Source: the human T2T-CHM13v2.0 reference genome, Homo sapiens
Length of the DNA: 64,000 nucleotides
NCBI RefSeq assembly: GCF_009914755.1
Contig: NC_060942.1
Reading direction: 5' to 3' (one strand)
The translations under genes and the position numbers were made by a program. Below are positions 62,461 to 64,000 of this stretch, piece by piece (the stretch's first letter is position 1; the number at the start of each line of letters is the position of its first letter). Under the pieces are notes generated by a model, which saw only the letters and a list, made by a program, of their open reading frames with translations, ran no database searches and was not told the DNA's origin.

Positions 62461-64000
62461 CATTCTCAGAAACTAGTTTCTGATGTGTGTCCTCAACTAA
62501 CACAGTTGAACATTTCTTTAGACAGAACAGTTTTGAAACGCTCTTTTTGTGGAATCTGCAAGTGGATATTTGGCTAGTTTGGAGGATTTCGTTGGAAGCG
62601 GGAATTCATACAAATTGCAGACTGCAGCGTTCTGAGAAACATCTTTGTGATGTTTGTATTCAGGACACAGAGTTGAACATTCCCTATCATAGAGCAGGTT
62701 TGAATCACTCCTTTTGTAGTATCTGGAAGTGGACATTTGGAGCGCTTTCAGGCCTATGTTGGAAAAGGAAATATCTTCCCATAACAACTAGACAGAAGCA
62801 TTCTCAGAAACTTATTTGAGATGTGTGTACTCAACTAAGAGAATTGAACCACCGTTTTGAAGGAGCAGTTTTGAAACACTCTTTTTCTGGAATCTGCAAG
62901 TGGATATTTGGCTAGCTTTGGGGATTTCGCTGGAAGCGGGAATACATATAAAAAGCACACAGCAGCGTTCTGAGAAACTGCTTTCTGATGTTTGCATTCA
63001 AGTCAAAAGTTGAACACTCCCTTTCATAGAGCAGTCCTGAAACACTCCTTTTGTAGTATCTGGAACTGGACTTTTGGAGCGCTTTCAGGGCTAAGGTGAA
63101 AAAGGAAATATCTTCCCATAAAAACTGGACAGAATCATTCTCAGAAACTTGTTTATGCTGTATCTACTCAACTAACATAGTTGAACCTTTCTTTTGATAG
63201 AGCAGTTTTGAAATGCTCTTTTTGTGGAATCTGCAAGTGGATATTTGGCTAGTTTTGAGGATTTCGTTGGAAGCGGGAATTCATACAAATTGCAGACTGC
63301 AGCGTTCTGAGAAACATCTTTGTGATGTTTGTATTCAGGACAGAGAGTTGAACATTCCCTATCATAGAGCAGGTTGGAATCACTCCTTTTGTAGTATCTG
63401 GAAGTGGACATTTGGAGCGCTTTCAGGCCTATGTTGAAAAAGGAAATATCTTCCCATAACAACTAGACACAAGCATTCTCAGAAACTTGTTTGTGATGTG
63501 TGCCCTCTACTGACAGAGTTGAACCTTTCTTTTCATAGAGCAGTTTTGAAACACTCTTTTTGTAGAATCTGCAAGAGGATATTTGCATAGCTTTGAGGAT
63601 TTCGTGGGAAACGGGATTGTCTTCAGGTAAAATCTAGACAGAAGCATTCTCAGAAACTTCTTTGGGATGTTTGCATTCAAGTCACAGAGTAGAACATTCC
63701 CTTTGGTAGAGCAGGTTTGAAACACTCTTTTTGTAGTATCTGGAAGTGGACATTTGGAGCGCTTTCAGGCCTATGTTGGAAAGGGAAATATCTTCCCGTA
63801 ACAACTAGGCAGAAGCATTCTCAGAAACTTATTTGAGATGTGTGTACTCAACTAAGAGAATTGAACCACCGTTTTGAAGGAGCAGTTTTGAAACACTCTT
63901 TTTCTGGAATCTGCAAGAGGATATTTGCCTAGCCTTGAGGATTTCGTTGGAAACGGGATTGTCTTCAGATCAAATCTAGACAGAAGCATTCTCAGAAACT
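62461..64000 (+). repeat. 10-mer HOR variant, copy 2 (truncated by window end)
   Basis: Same m1/m3 junction at about 62528-62540; runs to the start of m12 at the window edge. Confidence 0.9.

Larger units (their letters stand above)
1..64000 (+). repeat. Centromeric alpha-satellite HOR array, dimeric (SF2-type) 12-mer, probably human chr18 D18Z1 / S2C18H1L
   Basis: Continuous ~170-bp monomers with alphoid motifs (cattctcagaaac, gttttgaaacactctttttgtggaatctgcaagtggatatttgg, ggaaatatcttc). CENP-B box in every second monomer. The ORF track recurs at 2033-2035 bp (101, 2136, 4171, 6206...). Alpha-satellite identity is essentially certain; the chr18 assignment is less so (about 0.8) and rests on the 12-mer size and EcoRI fragments of 675/1360 bp. 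Confidence 0.98.

Noticed and set aside
101-63725. Several hundred 60-122 aa ORFs on both strands (MSSTNTVEH..., MLWEDISF..., MFQTCSTK...)
   Set aside because: They recur with the satellite period, overlap on both strands, mostly start at GTG/TTG, resemble no protein domain I recognise, and are freely frameshifted or fused by HOR indels. They are chance open frames in alpha satellite.
1-64000. CRISPR-like or other repeat-spacer system
   Set aside because: There are no unique spacers, as the whole monomer is repeated, and no cas or other genes; the sequence is eukaryotic satellite.
1-64000. Embedded transposon (L1/Alu), inversion or foreign insert
   Set aside because: All unit-to-unit distances are accounted for by whole monomers plus or minus 1-2 bp, the strand pattern of ORFs never flips, and no poly-A tail or non-alphoid stretch was seen.

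Overview
The whole 64-kb window is one uninterrupted, single-orientation array of primate (human-type) centromeric alpha satellite. It contains no genes, transposon insertions, inversions or unique sequence that I could detect, and every ORF in the supplied track is an artefact of the repeat. Monomers of 167-171 bp alternate between CENP-B-box and pJ-alpha-type, forming a highly homogeneous 12-monomer higher-order repeat (HOR) of 2033-2035 bp. The dimeric organisation, 12-mer size and EcoRI spacing (675 + 1360 bp) point to the live chromosome 18 array D18Z1 (S2C18H1L); this is recognition from memory, not a database hit. Monomers are numbered m1-m12 here from the 'cattctcagaaactagtttctg' start at position 75 (my numbering, not the official one). 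There are 37 unit starts, in the order 12,12,12,12,4,12,4,12,12,4,12,12,4,12,12,12,4,12,4,12x10,6,16,12,12,6,10,6,10(truncated). The interesting content is evolutionary: structural HOR variants with mappable hybrid monomers, nested multi-kb duplications, short inter-monomer conversion tracts, five inactivated CENP-B boxes, spatially confined HOR haplotypes and an 18-bp perfect palindrome in m1. I found no evidence for a novel protein-coding or RNA system.
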